IMG/VR virus record: IMGVR_UViG_3300016744_000001
Source: a virus
Taxonomy: Duplodnaviria > Caudoviricetes
Reading direction: 5' to 3' (one strand)
Length of the DNA: 64,000 nucleotides
The notes beneath the pieces are model-generated. The model worked only from the letters and a program-made list of their open reading frames with translations, was not told the origin of the DNA and made no database searches. The translations under genes and the position numbers were made by a program. Below, in pieces: positions 9,128-18,086 of this stretch; position 1 is the first letter of the stretch; each line of letters begins with the position of its first letter.

Positions 9128-9665
9128 ATGCTTAAAATCTTTATGTTGTTGATGTGTTTTTTGTTTGAACCCATGATCAGTTATGCCGCTCCCACTGTGT
9201 TTCTCAACATCCTGAAGGAAGCTGCAGCTGACCAGATGGTTGCCGAAGGACTCTACCTTTGACCTTGATCGCTATCCGCCAGAGCAATACATTGAAGGAC
9301 CAGCAAATGCCTGGCGAGTATCCATTGATGCTCGAGAAGGTGAAACCCAACCGTCGTTGTCCTTCGAAGAAGCAGATAACTATCGTTGGATTGATTGGTG
9401 CGCTGGGGATTCCTGGTTAAGTGGGCACAGTGGCATTGCTCCATTCGACTTTGCTCCGCCAGACGAGTCGATCATCGCCATCCCCATGAAGCACAACAAA
9501 GATCGGGCACCGCGTGAATGGACTGATGAGTACCGCATGATGGTGCAGATCAAGCACAAAAACAAAATCCCACCATCTCCTCCAACGGCTCTCAGCCGAA
9601 GAGTGGAGATGTATGAAAACGCTGCAAAGATCATCAGAGCCAGACAGATAGCGAAATCTGAATAG
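9128..9665 (+). CDS. putative exported protein split by a +1 frameshift at CTT-TGA-C (9257-9263), or a pseudogene
   Basis: 44-codon ORF with SD AAGGAAG and signal-peptide-like N-terminus ends CTT TGA C; the +1 frame is open to 9665 and has no good SD of its own. Confidence 0.5.
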
Positions 9666-9703
9666 TTGGTTTTGATTTTCTGAATTGTAGTATGTAGAAA
9701 TAC

Positions 9704-9793
9704 GGAGCGATGGCAGAGTGGTTTATCGCGGCGGTCTTGAAAACCGTTGATGGCTAATCCCATCCGGGGGTTCAAATCCCTCTCGCTCCGCCA
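9704..9793 (+). tRNA. trnS: tRNA-Ser(TGA)
   Basis: acceptor GGAGCGA/TCGCTCC, anticodon gcggt-ct TGA aa-accgt, long variable arm, encoded CCA. Confidence 0.95.
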
Positions 9794-9870
9794 GAAAAAA
9801 CTAATGGGGTTGTGAGTGTTGAAAAGAGTCTCAGCAATTTGCTAAGGGGCTCGCTAACACTGGAGGACGT

Positions 9871-10131
9871 ATGTCCAAAAACACAACTCCTACTTGGAAG
9901 GTGTCACGAATCCATGGAACTGACGATGAGTACGTCATCCATTGGATTCAAGATGGGAAAGCGGTGCGAACCTCAGCGATTGTAGCTGTGAAGATTCTCG
10001 ATGACAACATCGAAGTCTTGACATACTCCACACGTCGCAGAGTGTACGAGAAGCACAATTTCTCCATCAGTGATGCTGCTACTCCGATGAGTGTACTGTT
10101 CTTACAGTTGCATTTCACCGGTAAGAAGTAA
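9871..10131 (+). CDS. hypothetical protein
   Basis: SD GGAGG; 86 aa. Confidence 0.7.
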   Translation: MSKNTTPTWKVSRIHGTDDEYVIHWIQDGKAVRTSAIVAVKILDDNIEVLTYSTRRRVYEKHNFSISDAATPMSVLFLQLHFTGKK

Positions 10132-10168
10132 ATAAAAGACCAGCGGGTATCTCGCTGGTCTTTTATTT
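10130..10168 (+). terminator. hairpin with U-tract (intrinsic terminator)
   Basis: aaataaaagaccagcg...cgctggtcttttattt. Confidence 0.7.
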
Positions 10169-10184
10169 TTTATTGGAGGAGTTT

Positions 10185-10586
10185 ATGTCAACAGTTAGAG
10201 ATTACATTGATCGGTTGAACTGTGATGTGAATGGGAATGATCATTACCCACTGTACACGTTACAGAGTTTCTTCAAGATTGCTACTGGGTATAACCGAGT
10301 GGTGATTGGTGATCGGGGACCGTATGTTGAGATCCTGACACACCAGTTGATTGATGACTGCTTTGAAATGCCAATGGGAGAGACTTGGCGGTTAGGATCA
10401 AGGAATGCGTTCTATCTTGAATATCGCACCGTCAGGGATTATGTTAAGATTTACCACCAGCTCAAACCAGTTGACTATGCTGATTATATTCCTTACCGGT
10501 ACTACGTCTCACCATTTGAACTGTGTGATATGTTTGGTACGGCATTGATTACGAAGCTTCCCCGAAGAAGAAAAAATAATTCTTAA
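10185..10586 (+). CDS. hypothetical protein (IATGYNRVVIGDRGPYVE family)
   Basis: SD GGAGGAG, ATG at 10185. Confidence 0.75.
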   Translation: MSTVRDYIDRLNCDVNGNDHYPLYTLQSFFKIATGYNRVVIGDRGPYVEILTHQLIDDCFEMPMGETWRLGSRNAFYLEYRTVRDYVKIYHQLKPVDYADYIPYRYYVSPFELCDMFGTALITKLPRRRKNNS

Positions 10587-10603
10587 TCGATGTGATCAAT
10601 AGA

Positions 10604-10896
10604 TGTGAGAGGATACTCTCCAGCTCTCACACCTTCAGTGATCAGACCAAGCAGGGTATGTCTGGAATCGTGCTCTAGCTCTGGAAGATCATCTGACCCG
10701 GATTGGAAAAGATTGCCAGTTACTAAGGTTATTGCTGCTCCAAATTGCGCCGACAACAATTTGTTGAGCACACCTGGTTCGGTGATTGATTTCAGTCCAC
10801 TCTAGGAACAGACAACCTGCCCGTTTGTTCCTTTGGTTCCTGCCTTCTACCTGCCCTCCCCCGTGGTACCCCACTCCCTTGTTAGGGAGTGGGGTA
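10604..10896 (+). ncRNA. putative structured RNA (multi-hairpin, pyrimidine-rich tail) ending at a terminator hairpin
   Basis: stems 10604-11/10624-31, 10643-47/10660-64, 10736-47/10757-70, 10804-13/10823-32; three CCTGCC motifs; terminator 10867-10896. Confidence 0.55.
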
Positions 10897-10930
10897 TTGT
10901 CCATGGTGTATTTGTTTTTTATTTTAAGGA

Positions 10931-10938
10931 TATATCAT
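10931..10938 (+). promoter_or_regulatory. putative early promoter TATATCAT
   Basis: same TTTAAGGA context as the 4876 site. Confidence 0.5.
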
Positions 10939-10991
10939 TAGTATAGTCAGTGGCAGTTATAACAACAACCTTCATGATATCTGGAGTATTC

Positions 10992-12662
10992 ATGGATCGT
11001 CAACAATTGTTGGCTCAGCTTAATGAACTGAAGTCAACCGAGCGCAAGAGCAAAGTTGAACGGTATGATCCTGATGGCAACTTTATCGGTGAACAGGATA
11101 TCACCGCACAACAGTACGAGGAAACTCGTTATGTTCCACCGGACCCGTACGACTTTGAGTTCGACACGTCGGAAGTCGATGCCCAAAAGCAGAAGTACGA
11201 AGAAGCAAAGGCAAAGAAAGCCGCTACAAAACCTGACTCTCAGCCAGACGACACCGAGACTACCGGTGATGGTAATGGCGCTGAATCACAACCGCAAGAA
11301 AGCCAGAGTGGTCAGGGTGGTCAATCTGGACAGTCCCAGAATGGTAATGGTGAAGAGCAGTCACCAATGACCAAGCAGACTTTGGAAGAACTCCAGAAGC
11401 AGCTGGATGAAGCCAAAGTTGAATGTGAAGAAGGTCTTGCCGAAGATCCGGATAGTAAAGAACTGCAGGAATCCAAACAACAGCTGGACAAACTGCAGGA
11501 AAAGCTGGACGCACACAAGCAGGCTTTGGCCGAGCAGCAAGGACAGAATGGTGATCCCAATCAGGAACAGCAGTCGGGGCAGCAGCCTAACGAATCTGGT
11601 TCTGAACAATCGGATCAGCAGAATGGTCAGTCTGAAGAAAAGAACGACCAGTCTGGGGATGCTGAATCCGAAGACAAACAGGACAAGCCTGATCAGCAAG
11701 ACGGTCAGCAGGATGACAAGTCTGAGGAAGCGTCTGACAAAGAAGACGAATCCAAGAAAGAAGCTGAAGAGCAAAAAGAAGATCAGCAGCAGACTCCTCA
11801 ACCTGAACCTGAAAAGCCGGAACCTGAACAAAAGAAAGAGGAACAGAAAGAAGAAGAACTTGTTCCTCCAGATCAGGCTTACTACAAACCGTCTTGGTAC
11901 CAGGACATGAAGAACCTGGTGATGATGGGATTTGATGTTCTCGTGTGTGGCCCGGCCGGTTGCGGTAAGTCTCGTGCTGGTCGTGAGATTGGTCGGGAAT
12001 TGAAGAAGCCTGGCAACACTCACGCGTTTCGTGCGGGGATGCGCAAGTCTGAACTGCTGTACTCCAAGGAACTCCGTGGTGGCGACAGCGTGATCGAACT
12101 GTCCCCTCTGCTGCGTGAAGTTCAGAAACCTCTCATCACAGTGATCGACGAAGCCTTGTCAGTTGACCCGGAAGTGTTGATCTGCTTCAACGGCCTGCTG
12201 GAATCTTCTCAGCGCAGTGTTGACACTCCGATTGGTGAAGTGGTGCGGGATAAAGAACATCGGTTCATCCTGACCAGCAACACTGACGGCCGTAGTGAAT
12301 CACGCATCTATCGTGCTCCTCAGATGCAGGATGCTTCCATCCTGTCTCGTGTCATGGTCATGAATGTTGACTATGATGAAAAGGTGGAATGCAACATCGC
12401 TTGTTCTTCCGGCGCCCCCGCTTGGAAGTACATTGTTCACAACACGCATGCTCTGCGAAAGGCAGTGCGCAAAGCTGACATGGTGATGGACATCTCCACT
12501 CGTTGGATTGTTCAGGCATGCAAGCTTAACAAAGCTGGGGTCGCTCGTGAAAAGGCGTTTGCTATGGCGATGCTTGACCGCTTCAACGAGAACGAGCTGA
12601 AGAAGCTGCAGGGCATGGGGACAACCATTGACTTCAGTGGTGCATCGAAGCTGCAAAAGTAG
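10992..12662 (+). CDS. MoxR/CbbQ/CobS-like AAA+ ATPase with long Q/E-rich disordered N-terminus
   Basis: Walker A GPAGCGKS, Walker B ITVIDE, sensor-1 LTSNT, QDASILSR. Confidence 0.85.
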   Translation: MDRQQLLAQLNELKSTERKSKVERYDPDGNFIGEQDITAQQYEETRYVPPDPYDFEFDTSEVDAQKQKYEEAKAKKAATKPDSQPDDTETTGDGNGAESQPQESQSGQGGQSGQSQNGNGEEQSPMTKQTLEELQKQLDEAKVECEEGLAEDPDSKELQESKQQLDKLQEKLDAHKQALAEQQGQNGDPNQEQQSGQQPNESGSEQSDQQNGQSEEKNDQSGDAESEDKQDKPDQQDGQQDDKSEEASDKEDESKKEAEEQKEDQQQTPQPEPEKPEPEQKKEEQKEEELVPPDQAYYKPSWYQDMKNLVMMGFDVLVCGPAGCGKSRAGREIGRELKKPGNTHAFRAGMRKSELLYSKELRGGDSVIELSPLLREVQKPLITVIDEALSVDPEVLICFNGLLESSQRSVDTPIGEVVRDKEHRFILTSNTDGRSESRIYRAPQMQDASILSRVMVMNVDYDEKVECNIACSSGAPAWKYIVHNTHALRKAVRKADMVMDISTRWIVQACKLNKAGVAREKAFAMAMLDRFNENELKKLQGMGTTIDFSGASKLQK

Positions 12663-12673
12663 TGAGGTGATGC

Positions 12674-13456
12674 ATGGAAACCGTACAGGAGTGGATTGAC
12701 AACCCACATGGTGGAGTTGTCTGGTTTCACGGGATGGACTTCTTGCAATACGTCATGAAGAATGAACCGAGGCAATCAGCCTTCCAGAATTCTTCATTGG
12801 GGCATTACAGGACCAATTACGACAATTTTGTCAGTAAGGTTAAAGAATACCGATTTGATCGGGAACGACTGAGCATCACCATGGAACAGGTGTTGTCTCG
12901 TCCACGAAAGCGGAACAAGTACCGGACATCTGTGGATGGTGATGACTTGGATGTTGATTCGTACATTGAAACGTTTGGTGAAACCAGTCCAAAGATCTGG
13001 GATGAACCTTACAAGATCGTGTGCGAACGCCGCCAGGCCGTCAATGTCTATTTTGAATGTTCAGTTCCGTGGGTATCCCGTAAACAAACATACATCGCTA
13101 ACCGGCAACATCTTGCTTACAATATCGCATTGAACTGTGAGCAGGATGGTGTACCTTGTCGAATCGTGACGTGTTACGGTGTGCGAGTCAGCGAGGTCAA
13201 GCAAGCAATCGTGTTCCACATTGTCATAAAAGACTTTGACGAACCGATCTACCCACCACTGTGGGGGGTGTTTCTGAACAATGAAACAACGAACACAGCG
13301 GTCAACTTGTTGTCTGAAATGGTCATTGGGACTGGACAGGATGGAAACGGCTTAGTTGTACCATTCGTCATCCAGCCCACTGAGAATGAAGAGTTCCAAG
13401 TGCTTGACCTTAAAAGCTGTGAATACATGCAGATCAAAAAGAAAGGCAGGGATTAA
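12674..13456 (+). CDS. degenerate VWA/CobT-like partner protein
   Basis: adjacent to the MoxR ATPase; DGDDLDVDSYI motif followed by beta-alpha VWA-like pattern; MIDAS degenerate. Confidence 0.55.
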   Translation: METVQEWIDNPHGGVVWFHGMDFLQYVMKNEPRQSAFQNSSLGHYRTNYDNFVSKVKEYRFDRERLSITMEQVLSRPRKRNKYRTSVDGDDLDVDSYIETFGETSPKIWDEPYKIVCERRQAVNVYFECSVPWVSRKQTYIANRQHLAYNIALNCEQDGVPCRIVTCYGVRVSEVKQAIVFHIVIKDFDEPIYPPLWGVFLNNETTNTAVNLLSEMVIGTGQDGNGLVVPFVIQPTENEEFQVLDLKSCEYMQIKKKGRD

Positions 13457-13457
13457 T

Positions 13458-13491
13458 GGCTAGAGGGAGTGTTTTCCCACTCCCTCTAGCC
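13458..13491. terminator. 14-bp perfect hairpin
   Basis: ggctagagggagtg-ttttcc-cactccctctagcc. Confidence 0.6.
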
Positions 13492-13514
13492 TATAGTAAA
13501 ATAATGGAGGACTA

Positions 13515-14582
13515 ATGATTTTTCCTAAAAAGATGGATCATGTGGTCATCGTCTATCATCGGATCGATATGGACGGTGTTTGCTCGGGTACGATTGCTTC
13601 CATGGCGGCACATGTTCACAATAATAAGGCAATCGTGTCTACAGTTGGGTATGATCATGTTGACCCGCTTGAAAAGCTGGAGTCGAAGATCAATGCCTGT
13701 GGCGAGTTTGATCTGATGATTGTTGTCGACTGCACTCTGCCGGATGTTTTGCTCGATCGGTATGCAGAGAAGATGATCATTATTGATCATCATGACTCAG
13801 GTATCGAACGAGCCGCTCTCTATGCAGATCGCTTCTATGGCCACTGTTTGCGTCTGAACGACGCCAGTGTTCTGGATTGGGCTGGCAACATGGCGAAGAA
13901 AGCCGCTGCCTGCGAACTCGCATGGAACTACTTCTTCCGCAATGAACGGATGCCGTACATTGTGCGTTTGTGCGGTCGGTACGATGTGTACAATCACAAC
14001 GACGACACGCTGGCGTTCAATGAGCGTTGTCGAGACATCAACATCCAGCACCAGAACTTCACTTACATGGGCGGCGATCTGCTCCATCGTGAAGATGCCC
14101 CGGATATTTGGTTTCCGAAGTTGTTCTTGGATGAACTCACATTCCAGTCAGGACGACTCACTCAAGAACTCTGCGATGGTCAGTTGACTTTGCACTATGC
14201 CAAAAAGTTCAATGCTCGTGATTGTCAGGATGGTGCAAAGGAATTCACGATTCGTGGAACTGATTTGGTCGCCTTGGTGGCAAATCAGGCTGGCCGCAAT
14301 TCCAAGTTCTTTCAGTCCAAATGGGACCCCACCAAACATGACCTGATGATCTTCTTTTCCTACAACCTGAGTAATCAGGTGTGGAAGGTTGGGTTGTTCA
14401 CAGACGATAAGGAAGTGGACATGTCCAAGGTCTTTGCGATTGTTCTCAACAATCCGAAGAATAAAGTCAATGGTCGGTACGGTGGTCACATGCGAACTGC
14501 CTGTGGATATGTCACTGATGACATACAGGAAGATCTCCTGCAGTATCTCATCAAAAACACGCCTGAGTACGTGAAGGATTAG
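13515..14582 (+). CDS. DHH-family phosphoesterase
   Basis: YHRIDMDG, IVVD, IIDHH and C-terminal GGH motifs. Confidence 0.9.
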   Translation: MIFPKKMDHVVIVYHRIDMDGVCSGTIASMAAHVHNNKAIVSTVGYDHVDPLEKLESKINACGEFDLMIVVDCTLPDVLLDRYAEKMIIIDHHDSGIERAALYADRFYGHCLRLNDASVLDWAGNMAKKAAACELAWNYFFRNERMPYIVRLCGRYDVYNHNDDTLAFNERCRDINIQHQNFTYMGGDLLHREDAPDIWFPKLFLDELTFQSGRLTQELCDGQLTLHYAKKFNARDCQDGAKEFTIRGTDLVALVANQAGRNSKFFQSKWDPTKHDLMIFFSYNLSNQVWKVGLFTDDKEVDMSKVFAIVLNNPKNKVNGRYGGHMRTACGYVTDDIQEDLLQYLIKNTPEYVKD

Positions 14583-14584
14583 TC

Positions 14585-15052
14585 ATGGAACGGTCAAGTT
14601 GGGATTCCTACTTCATGCGGATTGTGCAGCAGGTTGCCACACGGTCGACTTGCTCTCGTCGACAGGTTGGTGCCGTTGCGGTGCGCAACCATCGCATCCT
14701 TGCCACGGGTTACAATGGTGCTCCTGGTGGACTGAAGCATTGTGCTGAAACTGGTTGTCTGCGCCAGAAGATGAACATTCCTTCTGGTGAACGGCATGAG
14801 ATCTGTCGAGCTTTGCATTCTGAGCAGAACCTGATTTTGCAGGCAGCTACCGGTGGTTTGGACATCACTGGTGCTGACATCTATTGTACCACGCATCCGT
14901 GTGTGATCTGTGCAAAGCTTTTGATCGGGTGCAAAGTCAACAAGATCTACTATCTTGACGAATACTGCGACCCGTTGGCAAAGGAAATGTTGCAGGAAGC
15001 TGGAATCGAAACCCAGCGCTTGCAGGAAGTTCATCCCGGAGAATTTTGGTAA
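14585..15052 (+). CDS. dCMP deaminase (ComEB-like)
   Basis: RSTCSRRQVGAV, TGYNG, HSEQN, PCVIC. Confidence 0.95.
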   Translation: MERSSWDSYFMRIVQQVATRSTCSRRQVGAVAVRNHRILATGYNGAPGGLKHCAETGCLRQKMNIPSGERHEICRALHSEQNLILQAATGGLDITGADIYCTTHPCVICAKLLIGCKVNKIYYLDEYCDPLAKEMLQEAGIETQRLQEVHPGEFW

Positions 15053-15054
15053 CC

Positions 15055-15082
15055 GCAGAAGGGGCAAGATTGCCCCTTCTGC
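15055..15082. terminator. perfect palindromic hairpin
   Basis: gcagaaggggcaa-ga-ttgccccttctgc. Confidence 0.55.
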
Positions 15083-15098
15083 ATTTATCGAGGGCAAT

Positions 15099-15689
15099 AT
15101 GGAAAATTCAACATCAAAATCATCGAACTGGTATTATCCCTTGACCGCACAGCTCTTAGAGCTGATTGTAAGTGTGCTACTTTATCCGAATGATTACGCT
15201 AAATTGAAGTACGAGATTGAAACTTTTGCACTGGGTTGTGAGCAGGTTAACCACAATAAAAATGATGCCTTACAGTACTTTACCATGATTGCTGACCAGT
15301 TTGACCGAGTTGTGACCGATTTCATGGTTAACTCAGAAATGCAAAAGCTGAACAAGTTTGGAACAGCAGATTACGATCGTGGTCTTGTGCAGAAGGTATT
15401 CAATTTGTTGGTACGACTTTCACAATACCCGGTTGAAATAGCCTTTATTGAGGAACGGCCGCAAAGTGATCAGATTGATGTTGTCTTTAAACTTAGTCAG
15501 CTTGAGTTTATCACGATTGTTGCATCAAGATCCAGAACTGGTGATGTGACGATGCATCATCTCACTGAAAGTCTGTCAAGTGAAGCTAAGCTGAAACGTG
15601 GTTCAACACTAGGTATGGAAATTTGTGCAGCGATGTTTCAGGTCTTAGCTGAACTCGCAATACATTGGAGGGGATATGAACGTCGTTGA
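15099..15689 (+). CDS. paralogue family A, copy 1
   Basis: YPLTAQLLELIV...EIETFALGCEQV shared with the next two ORFs. Confidence 0.75.
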   Translation: MENSTSKSSNWYYPLTAQLLELIVSVLLYPNDYAKLKYEIETFALGCEQVNHNKNDALQYFTMIADQFDRVVTDFMVNSEMQKLNKFGTADYDRGLVQKVFNLLVRLSQYPVEIAFIEERPQSDQIDVVFKLSQLEFITIVASRSRTGDVTMHHLTESLSSEAKLKRGSTLGMEICAAMFQVLAELAIHWRGYERR

Positions 15690-16275
15690 GCTGGGGTTGG
15701 GAACGAATGAACGGTTGTACCTACCGTTGGTCCAACATTTGTTTGACTTGATTATTCTGATTCTGACGAGTCCGCATGATAAGAGATCGATTGAAACCGA
15801 TCTTGAGACGTTCATGTTGGGATGCAATCAGGTTGGACACAGCAGAAATGAAGTGATCCAATATTTTTCAAATATCACTGGTAACTCTGATCGGGTGGTG
15901 AAATCTCTGATGGAAATCCAATCAGATATTTTTGAGGAACCAGGAAGGTGGAGTCCAGTGGACTCCACCCGACATCAATTTTTACATCATCAGCTTGGAC
16001 GGCTTCAGCATTTTCCAGTGAGTGTTCCGATGTTTAAAAGATCAAACCGCGGCCAGAAAGTAATTTTCGAGCCTGAAGGTTTCAGGAATTTGGTAATTCG
16101 AACCCAGAACAATTGGACATCGTACATTGTTGTTACGGACATTCATGAGGCCACAGTCAAAGGAGAAGTGACAATCATGCGAGACGAGACCGTCTTACAG
16201 AGTCTTTTGGCGGCAGTAATCCAGCTCTTGCTAAGGATAAGTGAGAACTGGGCAGAAGAGAAAATCAAGGGATAA
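15676..16275 (+). CDS. paralogue family A, copy 2
   Basis: LPLVQHLFDLII...DLETFMLGCNQV. Confidence 0.75.
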   Translation: MNVVELGLGTNERLYLPLVQHLFDLIILILTSPHDKRSIETDLETFMLGCNQVGHSRNEVIQYFSNITGNSDRVVKSLMEIQSDIFEEPGRWSPVDSTRHQFLHHQLGRLQHFPVSVPMFKRSNRGQKVIFEPEGFRNLVIRTQNNWTSYIVVTDIHEATVKGEVTIMRDETVLQSLLAAVIQLLLRISENWAEEKIKG

Positions 16276-16287
16276 CGGGAAAAGAAC

Positions 16288-16869
16288 ATGCTTGTACACA
16301 ACTTCCCACCCCATCCAAACTTGCACGAACCTTTGGTGCGGCAACTGTTGGATACTATTGTGGCTGGTATGACGGGCAAAAATGTTCGTCACGAGATTGT
16401 GACCTTTGCTCTGGGCTGTGCTCAAATTAATTTGAGCACAGCCCAGATCATTCCGTATTTCCTGTATTTTCTGTTCTATCAGGATCAGATCATGGGTCAG
16501 TGGAACAACACTCAGGCAGATTTTTTAACTGCACCACAAAAACATCATGAGTCGGATGATGTGGTTAGAAGTCAGTTGATTCGGCAGTTTACAAGGTTGC
16601 CGTATCAGCCACTCAATTATCAGTATCCCGATAATCAGCGGCATTCATTTTGGATTATTGTCACAGGTTTCACTGGTATTCAGGTACACATCACGGCGGC
16701 TAGAAACGTCGAAGATTTTGTTATTGTGGAGGATTATCAGAATGACAAGATCGTCTACAAAAACTTGATTTGTAAAATTCGGTCACTGAAACAATTGTTT
16801 CTTGGGACACTGGTGGAGGTCTTTGCCTATGTCCTAAAACTGATGGATCGCCCAGAAGAGGAGGAGTAG
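16288..16869 (+). CDS. paralogue family A, copy 3
   Basis: EPLVRQLLDTIV...EIVTFALGCAQI. Confidence 0.75.
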   Translation: MLVHNFPPHPNLHEPLVRQLLDTIVAGMTGKNVRHEIVTFALGCAQINLSTAQIIPYFLYFLFYQDQIMGQWNNTQADFLTAPQKHHESDDVVRSQLIRQFTRLPYQPLNYQYPDNQRHSFWIIVTGFTGIQVHITAARNVEDFVIVEDYQNDKIVYKNLICKIRSLKQLFLGTLVEVFAYVLKLMDRPEEEE

Positions 16870-16873
16870 TAGA

Positions 16874-17473
16874 ATGCCACATTCTGGAGATAGTGGAGCA
16901 AGCACAAAAACTCTTTGTTTGTCGGTCTTGCAGTTCACAAATGAACTTTGGACGATGTCAGCTGACTGGTTGTGGATGCATCTTGATCAGTTGGTTGATG
17001 CTGAAATCAAGAAAGTTTTTGGTGTGCAATCAACCAATGCGATCAATACCACCGCGGAACAAGCATTGCTATTCGCTTGGAACAAACAGGTGGAAATGGT
17101 TGCTGCTGGGTATGACATAACTGGATCAATTTTGAATCAGTTAGATGAGTTCATTGGACCTGATGTGCTGGCAACCACGGTATCAGAAAGTTATTTAAAC
17201 CAAGAAAGTCAAATTCCAGTGGTCTTGGTTTATCGTGATGCGATCCTTCGTTGGTGGATAACTATATTTGAAGAAAAGGTGGTTACCCACACTCAAACCT
17301 GCAACATACTCGCGAAATTGATCACCCGAATATCAGTTCTTCATGAGTACCGACATTGCTGTCAGGCTAAACGGCTGTTCAAATTTTCAAAATCGAATTT
17401 GGCAGAGAGTGATGCTGATGAGTATGCTCGGCAAGTAATTCTCTCTCAGCTCTTTTTGGAGAAGGACTGGTGA
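16874..17473 (+). CDS. putative zinc metallopeptidase (ImmA/IrrE-like HExxH...E)
   Basis: VLHEYRH...AESDADEYA. Confidence 0.7.
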   Translation: MPHSGDSGASTKTLCLSVLQFTNELWTMSADWLWMHLDQLVDAEIKKVFGVQSTNAINTTAEQALLFAWNKQVEMVAAGYDITGSILNQLDEFIGPDVLATTVSESYLNQESQIPVVLVYRDAILRWWITIFEEKVVTHTQTCNILAKLITRISVLHEYRHCCQAKRLFKFSKSNLAESDADEYARQVILSQLFLEKDW

Positions 17474-17474
17474 C

Positions 17475-18086
17475 ATGGATGATCTAACCAAAATTGACCG
17501 GCTTACCATGGTTGTTTATCCTCAGTTGTCGTCAAGGTTATCCGAAGTGTGGAATCATTCCAATACCACGCTGGTGAAAAGAGAAGTATCTCGGGTATTT
17601 GGTGATAACGACAAAATAAAAGTCATGAGTGATCGCAAGTTTATCAAGTTCGCTGAGAACTACTTGGACGACTTGGGTGATCGGAATGATCAGTCAGAGA
17701 TCACTTCTGTTGTTTTGTCAATCTTACTTGAGGTTAAAGAAGACAACGGTTACTTTGCTCAAACGTTCATTGATGACATCGACGAGACGATGTACTCTGA
17801 GCGCTGGGTGGTCTTCTTTACGAATACGTTCTCACGGTGGTTTCATCGTAATAACTGTGCTGGATTATTCGGAATCCATACGGACCGAGAACATTTCCAA
17901 CAGTGGCTTGTTACACGATTTGTGGTGTACCACGAGTACTTTCATTATTGTGAATCAAACCGAATGTTAGCCACCCAAAGTGACACAGTTATCCAGTATT
18001 CTGAAAACAGTGCAAACAGCTATGCCTGGAACCGATTGATTGAAGACGTTCTGGGCATGGCAAACCAAGGAGAGACCAATGGTTGA
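17475..18086 (+). CDS. putative zinc metallopeptidase (ImmA/IrrE-like), paralogue of the previous gene
   Basis: VYHEYFH...SENSANSYA. Confidence 0.7.
   Translation: MDDLTKIDRLTMVVYPQLSSRLSEVWNHSNTTLVKREVSRVFGDNDKIKVMSDRKFIKFAENYLDDLGDRNDQSEITSVVLSILLEVKEDNGYFAQTFIDDIDETMYSERWVVFFTNTFSRWFHRNNCAGLFGIHTDREHFQQWLVTRFVVYHEYFHYCESNRMLATQSDTVIQYSENSANSYAWNRLIEDVLGMANQGETNG

Noticed and set aside
9794-9870. Theta/HDV-like ribozyme after tRNA-Ser
   Set aside because: Only a simple hairpin (agtgtt...aacact) is visible; no nested double pseudoknot could be built.
10604-10896. tmRNA, RNase P, SRP or 6S RNA
   Set aside because: No tRNA-like ends or tag ORF, no P4 consensus, no SRP helix-8 motif and no single long rod.
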